Source: Candidatus Micrarchaeota archaeon
GTDB taxonomy: Archaea > Micrarchaeota > Micrarchaeia > Micrarchaeales > CABMGC01
Length of the DNA: 64,000 nt
Direction of reading: 5' to 3'
Assembly: GCA_028867145.1 (NCBI GenBank)
Contig: JAGWGX010000002.1
Span: forward strand, 4,633-68,632
Shown here: positions 18,136 to 26,978 of the stretch, piece by piece
How the letters are laid out: every line of letters starts with the position of its first letter
Position numbering within the stretch: position 1 is the first letter of the stretch
Notes under the pieces: generated by a model
What the model saw: only the letters and a program-made list of their open reading frames with translations
Database searches by the model: none
What the model was told of the DNA's origin: nothing
Made by a program: the position numbers and the translations under genes

Positions 18136-18154
18136 GAACACTCTACTCTTTCCT

Positions 18155-19183
18155 ATGCTTGGACTCAAGGTTCACAAGAAAGGCGCCGAGACAGCAAAGC
18201 GGTACTTGGTAAAGAACGCTCTGCTAGACAATCAGCTAATTGTATTTGGCAGCAATTCATTTATATATTTACCGATAAAGGGCGAGATTTCCCCAAAAAA
18301 GAAGCAAGGGGTCGAGAAGGCAACAGGGGGCAAACTCGTCAGCTCAAAGTTTGAAAAATCGGGAGTCAAGGGGAAATACAGGGAGCTTTTGCAAAAAAGG
18401 CTTGGCAAATCATACGATGATGTGACAAAAAGCTACGACATAGTCGGAAACATTGCGCTCATTGATGCAAAGGGTAGGCCTGCGACCCAAATGGCAAAGG
18501 CGATAATGCAGACAAACAAGAATGTTCTCACCGTGATAAGCAAGGGAGGGGCAGTATCAGGAAAATATAGGGTAAGAAAGTACGCGCACATCCTTGGAAA
18601 GAAAAACTTCATTGCAGACTACAGGGAAAACGGGATTGAGCTAAAGTTTGACATAAGAAAAACCTTTTTCTCATCAAGGCTCGCATTTGAGAGGCTGAGA
18701 ATCGCAAAGCTTGTCAGGCCAAAGGAGAATGTTGTGGTGATGTTTGCGGGAATGGGCCCATTTGCGATAGAGATAGGAAAGATGCAAAGGCAGGCAAATG
18801 TTGTGGGGATAGAGCTCAACAAGGATGCGTGCAGGTACATGAAACAAAACATTGCGCTCAATAAAACAGGGAACGTCGTTGCCGAGCTCGGCAATGTGAA
18901 GAGGGTCGCGGACAAATACAAAGGTTTTGCTGACAGGATAGTAATGCCGCTGCCAAAGACGGCTTTTGAGTTTCTTGGTGCAGTATTGAAGGTTGCAAAG
19001 AGGAAATGCATTGTTCACTACTACGCATTCGGAGACAGAGAAACAGGATTTGAAGACGAGATTAAGAAAGTGAGGAACTTCTTTGAGAAAAAGGGCAGAA
19101 AGGTTAAAATTTTGGACAAACGAGTAGTCAGGCAGTACTCCGCAAAGGAGGTTGAGATTGTTTTGGACATTTTGGTTGGTTAA
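18155..19183 (+). CDS. trm5: tRNA (guanine37-N1)-methyltransferase Trm5 family (Met-10+ like)
   Basis: Class I SAM-MTase: VVVMFAGMGPFAIE, GIELNKDACRYMKQN, RIVMPLP (NLP-like loop). The ORF-track start at 18026 is antisense to spt5, so ATG 18155 is preferred. Confidence 0.8.
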   Translation: MLGLKVHKKGAETAKRYLVKNALLDNQLIVFGSNSFIYLPIKGEISPKKKQGVEKATGGKLVSSKFEKSGVKGKYRELLQKRLGKSYDDVTKSYDIVGNIALIDAKGRPATQMAKAIMQTNKNVLTVISKGGAVSGKYRVRKYAHILGKKNFIADYRENGIELKFDIRKTFFSSRLAFERLRIAKLVRPKENVVVMFAGMGPFAIEIGKMQRQANVVGIELNKDACRYMKQNIALNKTGNVVAELGNVKRVADKYKGFADRIVMPLPKTAFEFLGAVLKVAKRKCIVHYYAFGDRETGFEDEIKKVRNFFEKKGRKVKILDKRVVRQYSAKEVEIVLDILVG

Positions 19184-19184
19184 A

Positions 19185-19640
19185 ATGGAAACTGAACAAA
19201 AACCCTCGGTGGTGGTGGGAACTTTCATAATAGGCAGGGACAAGAAGTTGCTTCTTGTCAAAAACCCAAAGTGGGGAGACCAGTGGATGATACCCGGAGG
19301 CCACATTGAGTTTGGGGAGAGCGCCTTTGATGCGGCAAAAAGGGAGGCAATGGAGGAAGTCGGGCTTAAAGTGAAGCCGCTTGGCATTTTGGCGATCGGG
19401 GAGGAGGCGCTGCCTAAAACATTCACAAGAAAAAAGCATTTTATCTATCTCGAAATTATCTGCTCGGCAACGAGCAAAAAGGTCAAAATGGACGGGAGAG
19501 AGGCGATAAACTACAGATGGTTTGAGATAAAAGATGCGATAAAATACGCGAAGCACCCGTTGATAAAAAGGGTTTTAAAGGAATATACAAAGCAGAGCAA
19601 GAAGGGCAAATTTAACTTCATAAAAATAGGCCTCGCCTAA
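19185..19640 (+). CDS. Nudix hydrolase
   Basis: Nudix box GGHIEFGESAFDAAKREAMEEVGL (Gx5Ex7REUxEExGU). ATG 19185 follows the trm5 stop. Confidence 0.85.
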   Translation: METEQKPSVVVGTFIIGRDKKLLLVKNPKWGDQWMIPGGHIEFGESAFDAAKREAMEEVGLKVKPLGILAIGEEALPKTFTRKKHFIYLEIICSATSKKVKMDGREAINYRWFEIKDAIKYAKHPLIKRVLKEYTKQSKKGKFNFIKIGLA

Positions 19641-19697
19641 TCGTTTTATACAAAAGCGTAGGAAGATTTAAAGTCAGGGAGATTAAACAGGTCTTAG

Positions 19698-19916
19698 TTG
19701 ATATTGATGCAGATTCTGAAGTCAAAACCTCCCGTTCAGGAAAGCAGCGGAGTAATATTTTTGGAAGTGGTATTCAGACAGACTCCCGGAACAATTTACA
19801 CCGATATGGCATACCTAAAGCAGACGGGCCCAATAATGTTAAATGATTTCAAGAAGGAGACGCAAGAGTACTTCACTGAGATTCTAAGAAGGATCCAAGA
19901 GACATTGCGGATGTGA
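19698..19916 (+). CDS. small hypothetical protein
   Basis: 72-aa ORF (TTG 19698 or ATG 19707) with GATTTAAAG about 30 nt upstream. No homology recognised and coding status is uncertain. Confidence 0.3.
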   Translation: MILMQILKSKPPVQESSGVIFLEVVFRQTPGTIYTDMAYLKQTGPIMLNDFKKETQEYFTEILRRIQETLRM

Positions 19917-20033
19917 GAGAGAAAAATTCAGAGGATTTTTGGGCGGAGTTTTAGGAGGCCCCATTCTTTAGCAACCAATAAAAACCTTTTCAACCTAATA
20001 GGTATGTAAGTAAAGTTAACATTCGTGTTTTCT

Positions 20034-20465
20034 ATGGCAAAGAAGAACCTTGAGAATAAACTACTCGCAGTAGTAAGAGTCAGAGGAAGGGCCGGGACAA
20101 GGCAAAGCGTCACGGAGACACTCAACAGACTCAACCTAAGGAGAGTAAACAATCTTGTTCTTGTCTTTGGAACAAAGTCAAACATAGGAATGATTCACAA
20201 GTGCAACGACTTTGTAACCTTCGGAGAGATCCAGGGGGACATACTTGCAAAGCTCATCAAGAGCAAGGAGCTGCCAATCAAGGCAGAGGCCCAAGAAGAG
20301 CTAATGAAGGGAAAGATAACGGGAAAAGATGTTAATGGAATCTCGCCAATCAGGATGCACCCGCCAAAGAGGGGATACGAGGGAATAAAGAGGGCCTTCG
20401 TTGTAAAGGGAGCGCTCGGATACAGGGGAGAGAAGATAAACGATCTCATAAAGAGAATGATGTGA
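20034..20465 (+). CDS. rpl30: 50S ribosomal protein L30 (uL30)
   Basis: LLAVVRVRGRAGTRQSVTETLNRLNLRRVNN. Confidence 0.92.
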   Translation: MAKKNLENKLLAVVRVRGRAGTRQSVTETLNRLNLRRVNNLVLVFGTKSNIGMIHKCNDFVTFGEIQGDILAKLIKSKELPIKAEAQEELMKGKITGKDVNGISPIRMHPPKRGYEGIKRAFVVKGALGYRGEKINDLIKRMM

Positions 20466-20470
20466 AATTC

Positions 20471-20872
20471 ATGGTAGTTAGGATTAAGAAAACAAGCAGA
20501 AAGCACCTCGGGCAGAGGAGATGGGGAAAGGGTAACATCAAGAATGCAAGAGGATCGGGAGACAGAGGAGGAACAGGAAAGAGCGGCGCAAAGCACAAGT
20601 GGACATACATAGTCAAGTACGCAAAGGAGCAGATAAGGAGAAAGGGATTCTTCAACAAGAACGCGACTGAAAAGCTCGAAACAATTGATATTGCAATGAT
20701 TTCAGACATGGCACGAAAATCAAAGGACGCAAAGCCGACCATCGAGCTATCGGGCTACAAGGTGCTAAGCGACGGAATGCTAAGCAAGGCAGTCACGGTC
20801 AAGGCAAGCAATTTCTCAAAGCAGGCGCAGGAAAAAATAAAGAAAGCTGGAGGAGAAGCGGTCAAGATATAA
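20471..20872 (+). CDS. rpl15: 50S ribosomal protein L15 (uL15)
   Basis: SRKHLGQRRWGKGNIKNARGSGDRGGTGKSG. Confidence 0.92.
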   Translation: MVVRIKKTSRKHLGQRRWGKGNIKNARGSGDRGGTGKSGAKHKWTYIVKYAKEQIRRKGFFNKNATEKLETIDIAMISDMARKSKDAKPTIELSGYKVLSDGMLSKAVTVKASNFSKQAQEKIKKAGGEAVKI

Positions 20873-20902
20873 ATCTCTGCCCCCAGTTCTAAAGTGTAAT
20901 TC

Positions 20903-22078
20903 ATGGAAAAGATAAACATAGCCTTTTACTCGGACACTTATCTGCCAGCAATGGACGGCGTCGTAAACTCGATGCTCAACTTCAAAAAAGAGCTTGAGCG
21001 GCGCGGCCATAGGGTGTACATCTTCACAAGCGGCGATGGGCAGTCAAAGAAGAAATACTCTGGAAAAAGGGTCTTCATAACGACCGGAATAAAGTTCAAG
21101 CCGTATCCGCAATACAAGATCGCGCTCTTCCCCTACAAGTCAGTGATGAACCTAAGGGAGCTCAAGATTGATGTGATCCACGTGCAGACCCCGTTTAGCA
21201 TGGGGCTTGCGGCAATGACTATTGCAAAGCTGGGTAAGTATCCGCTTGTTGGCACGTTCCACACGATGCTAAACGACAAGAGGATAATAGAGAGCTACTA
21301 TCCAAAGAACGAGATGCTCAAGAAGTTCACAAGCAAGTACCTTTGGCAGTACATAGAGTTCTTCTACAGAAGGTGCGACGCGACAATAGTGCCGACCGAA
21401 GCAATTGAGAAGTTCATAAAAAAGAGCGATGTGCAAAATGTGCACATAGTGCCAAACAGCGTGGACACAAAGGTGTTCAACCCGAATGTGAACGGAAGCT
21501 CAATTCGAAAGAAGCTAAAGATAAAAAAGAATGAGAAGCTCGTTTTGTACCTTGGAAGGACAAGCAAGGAGAAGAGAATTGAGGTGCTTCTCAAGGCGGC
21601 ATCAATCATAGTTAGGAAAAGAGGCGATGTGAAGTTTGTAATTGGAGGAAGAGGGCCGGCATTTGAGTACTACAAGAATATGTCAAACAAGCTCGGTCTC
21701 TCAAACTTTGTGAAGTTCATAGGTTTTGTTCAGCAAGAGGATTTGCCACAGCTATATGCGGCATGCGACCTTTTCTGCATGCCCTCAACTTTTGAGACGC
21801 AGGGCATCGTAGCGCTTGAGGCAATGGCAACGGGCAAGCCTGTCGTCGGTGCAAACTACCTTGCATTAAAGGAACTCATCAAAGACGGAAAGAACGGGGA
21901 AAAATTCAAACCTGGCGATTATGCGGGCTGCGCCAAAAAGATAGAAAGGGTTTTAAATAATTCCGCCAAATATAGAAACAGGGCTGTAGAGACCGCTAAG
22001 TCTTTTTCAATCGACAAAGCGACAGACAAACTGCTTGAAGTTTATCAGCTAATCATTCAAAGTAACAACACAAGGTAA
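20903..22078 (+). CDS. glycosyltransferase, GT4 family (GT-B fold)
   Basis: N-terminal MEKINIAFYSDTYLPAMDGV, and C-terminal sugar-donor motif FCMPSTFETQGIVALEAMATGKPVVG. Confidence 0.88.
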   Translation: MEKINIAFYSDTYLPAMDGVVNSMLNFKKELERRGHRVYIFTSGDGQSKKKYSGKRVFITTGIKFKPYPQYKIALFPYKSVMNLRELKIDVIHVQTPFSMGLAAMTIAKLGKYPLVGTFHTMLNDKRIIESYYPKNEMLKKFTSKYLWQYIEFFYRRCDATIVPTEAIEKFIKKSDVQNVHIVPNSVDTKVFNPNVNGSSIRKKLKIKKNEKLVLYLGRTSKEKRIEVLLKAASIIVRKRGDVKFVIGGRGPAFEYYKNMSNKLGLSNFVKFIGFVQQEDLPQLYAACDLFCMPSTFETQGIVALEAMATGKPVVGANYLALKELIKDGKNGEKFKPGDYAGCAKKIERVLNNSAKYRNRAVETAKSFSIDKATDKLLEVYQLIIQSNNTR

Positions 22079-22207
22079 GGCGATTCACTGGAAGGAGAAA
22101 CAAAAACAGAACAGGAAGTAAGGACAGAGAAAGTTGAAGCTATTCCTGCAGCAGCACCTGCGAAGCCGCTCTCGCCAAAGGAGCAGCAGATCTTCGACCT
22201 CAACAAG

Positions 22208-22792
22208 TTGATAGATGAGGAGAGGAAGAAGAGGCTCGGGCTAATTGACAATGTCAAGAGGCTAAGGCACAAGATGGCGTACAAGCAGGCTGAGTTCGCG
22301 GCGCTCTCAACGCTAAACAGCACGGTGAAGGTCGAGAAGACAAAGAGCATCGGATACTTAAAGAGGCTCAAGGAGAGACTCGAATTTAAGATTGCGACAG
22401 AGGCATCATCGCTTTCTGCAGAGAAAGACTTGATTCGAAAGATCAACGAGGTCGACGCAGAGCTTGATGGAGCAATAAAGACATACAAGGCAAGAAAGAA
22501 GGTGGACCTAATAAAGGGGGACATCGAAGACGCCACAAAGCAAATAGAAGAGCACGAGAAGCTTATTTTCGAATCAAACAAGGCGCTAGACGAGCTTTAC
22601 ACAAAGCTCAGGGCGCTCACGGGTTTCAGGGGGGAGAGAAGCGGGAACGGCGGTGGCGATAGGAGAAATGGAGAGAGAAGGCAGGGCAAGCCTCAAAAGC
22701 AGCAGGAGATATCTCTTGCTGACATTGCCATAAACACAACGGACAAGAAAAACAACAATGACGTTGGATACGGTGACGACATCACCAACTAA
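22208..22792 (+). CDS. coiled-coil protein with Gly/Arg-rich tail (archaeal COG1340-like); true start uncertain
   Basis: Heptad-rich sequence (LKRLKERLEFKIATEASSLSAEKDLIRKINEVDAELD). The only canonical start is TTG 22208, but the frame is open and coding-like back to the TAA at 22076. Confidence 0.55.
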   Translation: MIDEERKKRLGLIDNVKRLRHKMAYKQAEFAALSTLNSTVKVEKTKSIGYLKRLKERLEFKIATEASSLSAEKDLIRKINEVDAELDGAIKTYKARKKVDLIKGDIEDATKQIEEHEKLIFESNKALDELYTKLRALTGFRGERSGNGGGDRRNGERRQGKPQKQQEISLADIAINTTDKKNNNDVGYGDDITN

Positions 22793-22813
22793 AGTACAGA
22801 ACAGATGAATTAA

Positions 22814-24127
22814 ATGAAAATAAGATTTTACGGGGCAGCCGGAGAAGTGGGAAGAAGCTGCATACTAATTGAAAGCGGTAACACCAAGGTTTTGCTTGAT
22901 TGCGGAATTAAGCTTGGAAAACAGGAGCAGTATCCTCTAATAGAGGATAGCGAACTCAAGGGAATCGATGCGATAGTTTTGTCGCACGCGCACCTAGACC
23001 ACTGCGGATACCTACCACACGTATTCACAGCGGGCTACAATGGCTACATCTATACGACCAAGCCAACATTTGAGCTGGTCAACGTCTTGCTTAGCGACTA
23101 TATGAAAATATCGGAGCCAAAGAACGTGAGCAAGGAGGGCTTCAACAAGGTAAACACCCACTTCAAGATAGTGGAGTACCTCAAGGAGTTCAAGATAAAG
23201 AACCTCACCTTCAGGATGCTTCCAGCCGGGCACGTGCTGGGCAGCTCGCTGGTAGAAGTGAGCGATGGAAAGCACAGGCTCCTCTACACCGGGGACATGA
23301 GCCTCAAGAAGACAAGGATGCTTGAGCCAGCCTACACGGAGGACCTCAAGGCGGACACGCTAATCATTGAGAGCACATACGGAGGCGAAAAGGACGAGTT
23401 CCCGGATGAGCAAAAGCTCATCAACACAATGCTAACAAGCATCAAGGAGACGATCAACAAGGGAGGCAAGGTTGTGATACCTAGCTTTGCGGTTGGAAGG
23501 GCGCAGGAGGTGCTCTTCATACTTGACGATTACATGAGATCTGGAGTTATTCCGAAGGTCCCAATCTACATTGATGGAATGATCGGAAAGGCGATGCGAA
23601 TCTACAGGCACAATGTTATCTACTGCAGAAAAGAGCTGCAGCAGCGAATACTAATGAGCGAGGATGACCCGTTCAAGAGCGCGAACTTCCACAATGTGAT
23701 GACAAAGCAGATGCGAGGAAAGATCATGCACGAGCATGAGGCTTGCATAGTTGTCACAACAAGCGGAATGATAAGCGGAGGGCCGATAATCAAGTACCTT
23801 GAGAGCCTTGCGGGTAACCACAACAACAAATTGATGTTCGTCGGGTACCAAGCAGAGGGGACTCTTGGAAGGCAGATTCTTGAGGGCGCAAAGGAGATTG
23901 AGCTAAACGGCCACAAGGTCGCGGTCAAAATGGCAGTTGAGATGTACAGGCTTTCAGGACATGCGGACAGGCCGCAGCTTCTAAGGTTCATCTCAAAGAT
24001 CCACGGGCTAAAGAACATTTTTGTGGTCCACGGAGAGGAGGTAAAGGGAAAGGAACTGCATGACACTCTCGAGGACAAATACAAGGTCCAGGTGCCAATT
24101 TTAAAGCAGGAATTTGATTTAAACTGA
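22814..24127 (+). CDS. beta-CASP ribonuclease, metallo-beta-lactamase fold (aCPSF2/RNase J-like, no KH domains)
   Basis: HAHLDHCG motif 2, beta-CASP region, and C-terminal SGHAD and VHGE motifs. Confidence 0.85.
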   Translation: MKIRFYGAAGEVGRSCILIESGNTKVLLDCGIKLGKQEQYPLIEDSELKGIDAIVLSHAHLDHCGYLPHVFTAGYNGYIYTTKPTFELVNVLLSDYMKISEPKNVSKEGFNKVNTHFKIVEYLKEFKIKNLTFRMLPAGHVLGSSLVEVSDGKHRLLYTGDMSLKKTRMLEPAYTEDLKADTLIIESTYGGEKDEFPDEQKLINTMLTSIKETINKGGKVVIPSFAVGRAQEVLFILDDYMRSGVIPKVPIYIDGMIGKAMRIYRHNVIYCRKELQQRILMSEDDPFKSANFHNVMTKQMRGKIMHEHEACIVVTTSGMISGGPIIKYLESLAGNHNNKLMFVGYQAEGTLGRQILEGAKEIELNGHKVAVKMAVEMYRLSGHADRPQLLRFISKIHGLKNIFVVHGEEVKGKELHDTLEDKYKVQVPILKQEFDLN

Positions 24128-24194
24128 ACCCGCACACTCCATAAATTTGAGAGAAGTGATATCTTTAAATAGCTTAAATTGGCAATTGAATTAA

Positions 24195-24464
24195 GTGAAT
24201 TTAATGGAAACTTGGAAAACAATATCAGGAGTTATAATCTTCTTGATTGGATTGGTTGTCGGATGGCAGGGATACTCTGCATTGCAGAGCTGCAACTCAG
24301 TAACAGGACAGGTCTACACCTTCATCTCCACAATACTAGGAGGCGGAGCGGCGTCGGCATGCTACAACGCTAACGTTAGCCAGTATGTAGGACTAATAGT
24401 TGCAATCATCGGCTTGGTGATCATCTACACATCCTACATGCCTATGAAGAAGGGAAGGAAGTAA
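24195..24464 (+). CDS. small membrane protein, hypothetical
   Basis: Two TM helices (ISGVIIFLIGLVVGW, VGLIVAIIGLVIIY). TATA-like CTTTAAATAG at 24165-24174. Oligo-T tract downstream. Confidence 0.45.
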   Translation: MNLMETWKTISGVIIFLIGLVVGWQGYSALQSCNSVTGQVYTFISTILGGGAASACYNANVSQYVGLIVAIIGLVIIYTSYMPMKKGRK

Positions 24465-24466
24465 TT

Positions 24467-24512
24467 CCTTCTTCCCTTTTCTTTTTTTCTTTTATTTATT
24501 TTTTCTCTTCTT
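24467..24512 (+). terminator. extended T-rich tract
   Basis: CCTTCTTCCCTTTTCTTTTTTTCTTTTATTTATTTTTTCTCTTC lies after the 24464 stop. Confidence 0.4.
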
Positions 24513-24605
24513 ACAGCAATCTTTTTATATATATTTGGAGCAATAGATTATCGTAAAAGATAGCTTATTTTCCCGCTATCACTGCATATTGCAGGAGGGT
24601 TTGAA

Positions 24606-25241
24606 ATGGAACAGATAAAGTTAGAGGAGTTTACGAAGTTCATCGAAGAGAACAAGGGCACTAGAAAGTTCAAGCAGAGCGTTGAGCTTGCTGTGAACTT
24701 CAAGGGCATCGACTTCAACAAGCAGGACAACAAGCTAAACCTTGAGGTAATGCTTCCGCACGGAAAGGGAAAGGTGAAGAAGCTTGCGGTGTTTGCAACT
24801 GAAAGAAACCTAATCGAGACCGCGGAGAAACTAGGAATCGCAGTCTTTGACGGCGCAAAGCTTGACTCAATCTCAAAGGAGCCTGCAACTATGACCTCAC
24901 TGCTTAACTACGATCTTGTGGCTCAGCAAAACCTTATGCCAAACATCGCAAAGTTCCTCGGACAGTTCCTTGGACCTAGAAACAGGATGCCAAAGCCGCT
25001 GATCGGAAACATGACGCTTCAGGCGATCTCAAACGAGATGACAAAGAGAATCGCGATAAAGACAAAGGGCAAGAACCTCCCGACCGTGCACTGCGTGGTC
25101 GGCTCGGAGGACATCGAGCCAAAGAAGCTCTACGAGAACATGAACGAGGTACTCTCGGTCATCAACAAGAAGATAGGACAGAATAGGATTAAATCGGTCT
25201 ACATAAAGCTCTCGATGAGCAAGCCGATAAAGGTAATGTGA
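24606..25241 (+). CDS. rpl1: 50S ribosomal protein L1 (uL1)
   Basis: KFKQSVELAVNFKGIDFNKQDNKLNLEVMLPHGKGK. Confidence 0.94.
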   Translation: MEQIKLEEFTKFIEENKGTRKFKQSVELAVNFKGIDFNKQDNKLNLEVMLPHGKGKVKKLAVFATERNLIETAEKLGIAVFDGAKLDSISKEPATMTSLLNYDLVAQQNLMPNIAKFLGQFLGPRNRMPKPLIGNMTLQAISNEMTKRIAIKTKGKNLPTVHCVVGSEDIEPKKLYENMNEVLSVINKKIGQNRIKSVYIKLSMSKPIKVM

Positions 25242-25245
25242 TTTT

Positions 25246-26124
25246 ATGATGCTCAAGGCCCAAAAGGTTGAATATGCAAAGAAGCTCAAGGCTGAGATTA
25301 AAAAGTACAAGGTGGTCGGAGTTCTTCCGCTCGCCTCGCTCCCAGACAGGCTTCTCCAGAAGGTCAAGAACCAGCTAAAGCCGGACACGAAGGTGGTTAT
25401 CGCAAGGAAGAGCCTTGTAATGAAGGCGATGGAGGGCGACGAGAGGCTAGACAAGCTCAAGCCATTCATCGAGAAGAACGTCGCGCTTGTGCTCACAAAC
25501 AAAAATGCTTTTGAAATTCACACACTAATTAGCTCAAACAGATTGAAGCTTTCAGCAAAGCCAAACCAGATTTCCCCAGAGGACATAAACATAGAGTCGG
25601 GGGAGACGACAATCGCGCCAGGACAGGCGGTTACGGACCTAAAGGCTGCCGGAATTGACGTCAAGATCGAGAAGGGCAAGGTGGTGATCGGAAAGAGCAA
25701 GGTGCTCGTCGCAAAGGACGCGAAGATCTCGCTTGCTGTCGCAAAGGCGCTCAAGATGCTTGACATCAAGCCATTTGAGATAGGCGCATCGCTTCAGGTC
25801 ATAGTTGACAACGGGCTATTCATCACAAAGGATGTGCTAAACATCACGCCAGAACTTGTGACAACGCAGATTGCGCAAGGATTCGCGGTGGCAAACACGC
25901 TCACGACAAACATCGGCTACGTAACCCCATACAACATTGACAAGCTCGTAAAGCAGGGATACATAAGCGCAATGGGCCTAGGCCTTGCTACAAAGAGCTA
26001 CGAGCCAGGAGTTGTGGAGAAGCTACTTGCGAGCGCAGTCTCGCAGGCGATTGGAATCGCAGTTGAGGTCCCAGCAGAGGCTGAGGCACCTGCTGTTGAG
26101 CCAGCGCCAGAAAATGCTGCATGA
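25246..26124 (+). CDS. rpl10: 50S ribosomal protein L10 / P0 (uL10)
   Basis: Archaeal P0 architecture with an Ala/Glu/Pro-rich C-terminus. L1-P0-P1 order. Confidence 0.92.
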   Translation: MMLKAQKVEYAKKLKAEIKKYKVVGVLPLASLPDRLLQKVKNQLKPDTKVVIARKSLVMKAMEGDERLDKLKPFIEKNVALVLTNKNAFEIHTLISSNRLKLSAKPNQISPEDINIESGETTIAPGQAVTDLKAAGIDVKIEKGKVVIGKSKVLVAKDAKISLAVAKALKMLDIKPFEIGASLQVIVDNGLFITKDVLNITPELVTTQIAQGFAVANTLTTNIGYVTPYNIDKLVKQGYISAMGLGLATKSYEPGVVEKLLASAVSQAIGIAVEVPAEAEAPAVEPAPENAA

Positions 26125-26140
26125 TACTTAGGTGAAAATA

Positions 26141-26434
26141 ATGGAATACATATATGCTGCACTCTTGCTTGATGCGGCCGGAAAGGAAATCAGCGAAGAA
26201 AGCTTGAAGAGCATTGTGAAGGCAGCGGGGATGTCCCCGGATGAGGCGAGAGCAAAGGCGATCGTCGAGTCATTGAAGAATGTCAACATAAAGGACATCA
26301 TCAAGAACGCCCAGAATGTCTCGGCAGCAGCGCCAGCAGGAGCAGCACACGAGGCAAAGAAGGAAAAGCCAAAGGAAGAGGAGAAGAAGAGCGAAGAGGA
26401 AGCGGCAAGCGGACTTGCATCCCTATTCGGCTAA
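26141..26434 (+). CDS. rpl12: 50S ribosomal stalk protein P1 (L12e)
   Basis: MEYIYAALLLDAAGKEI...EEKKSEEEAASGLASLFG. ATG 26141 lies behind GGTGA. Confidence 0.93.
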   Translation: MEYIYAALLLDAAGKEISEESLKSIVKAAGMSPDEARAKAIVESLKNVNIKDIIKNAQNVSAAAPAGAAHEAKKEKPKEEEKKSEEEAASGLASLFG

Positions 26435-26480
26435 TCGCCACCTTTACGTTTGGGAAACAGCCCTAGCTACGCGCTAGGTT

Positions 26481-26508
26481 TTCCATTATTTGTTTTTTCT
26501 TTTGTTTT
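26481..26508 (+). terminator. T-rich tract after the L1-P0-P1 operon
   Basis: TTCCATTATTTGTTTTTTCTTTTGTTTT. Confidence 0.35.
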
Positions 26509-26558
26509 AAGAAACCTTTAAAAGAACGAATTGAGAAGTAAGATAGGAGAGCGATACC

Positions 26559-26888
26559 ATGCAAGTTTACGTTGACAAGCCAAAGTGCACCGGATGCGAC
26601 CACTGCAAGGACGTCTGTCCAGTGGCAGTCTTTGAGATGATCCCTATAACAGGGGATGTCAACAGAGACACTGCGCCTGAGGAGATGCACTGGAAGGGAG
26701 TGAATGACCCTGTGGTCCATGAGAAGTTTGCAAACGCGCAGGACGGGCACACCCACTACACCCAAAAGTCGGTTGCGGTAAACGGAAGCGCATGCATACT
26801 CTGCCAGGCGTGCCTAATCGAGTGCGAGGGAGAGTGCATAACAATAATTGACGACAACGCTGTCAAGTACCAGTCAATCTACAAGTAG
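26559..26888 (+). CDS. 2x[4Fe-4S]-type ferredoxin with long central insertion
   Basis: CTGCDHCKDVCP and CILCQACLIECEGEC cluster motifs, separated by about 57 aa rich in His and acidic residues. Confidence 0.8.
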   Translation: MQVYVDKPKCTGCDHCKDVCPVAVFEMIPITGDVNRDTAPEEMHWKGVNDPVVHEKFANAQDGHTHYTQKSVAVNGSACILCQACLIECEGECITIIDDNAVKYQSIYK

Positions 26889-26978
26889 GCGCTATTTTTC
26901 AAAATCAAATTTGCTTAGCTTAGCGCCTAGGAAAAGTATAAATGCAGAGCTAAAGAATAGTTGCTAAAGGGACCGGAG

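Noticed and set aside
18026-18154. 5' extension of the trm5 ORF, and the parallel ORF 18031..18354
   Set aside because: The extension is antisense to the spt5 N-terminus and crosses the intergenic TATA element. The conserved Trm5 sequence begins at ATG 18155.
19641-20024. Possible SRP (7S) RNA or other structured ncRNA in the 384-nt gap before rpl30; GTTCAGGAAAGCAGCGG vaguely resembles the SRP helix-8 GGAAG..AGCA motif
   Set aside because: The region is AT-rich compared with the 5S and tRNA genes. I could not build the long paired helices expected for SRP RNA, and the motif match is poor. A short ORF with a TATA-like element is an equally weak alternative. A covariance-model scan would settle it.
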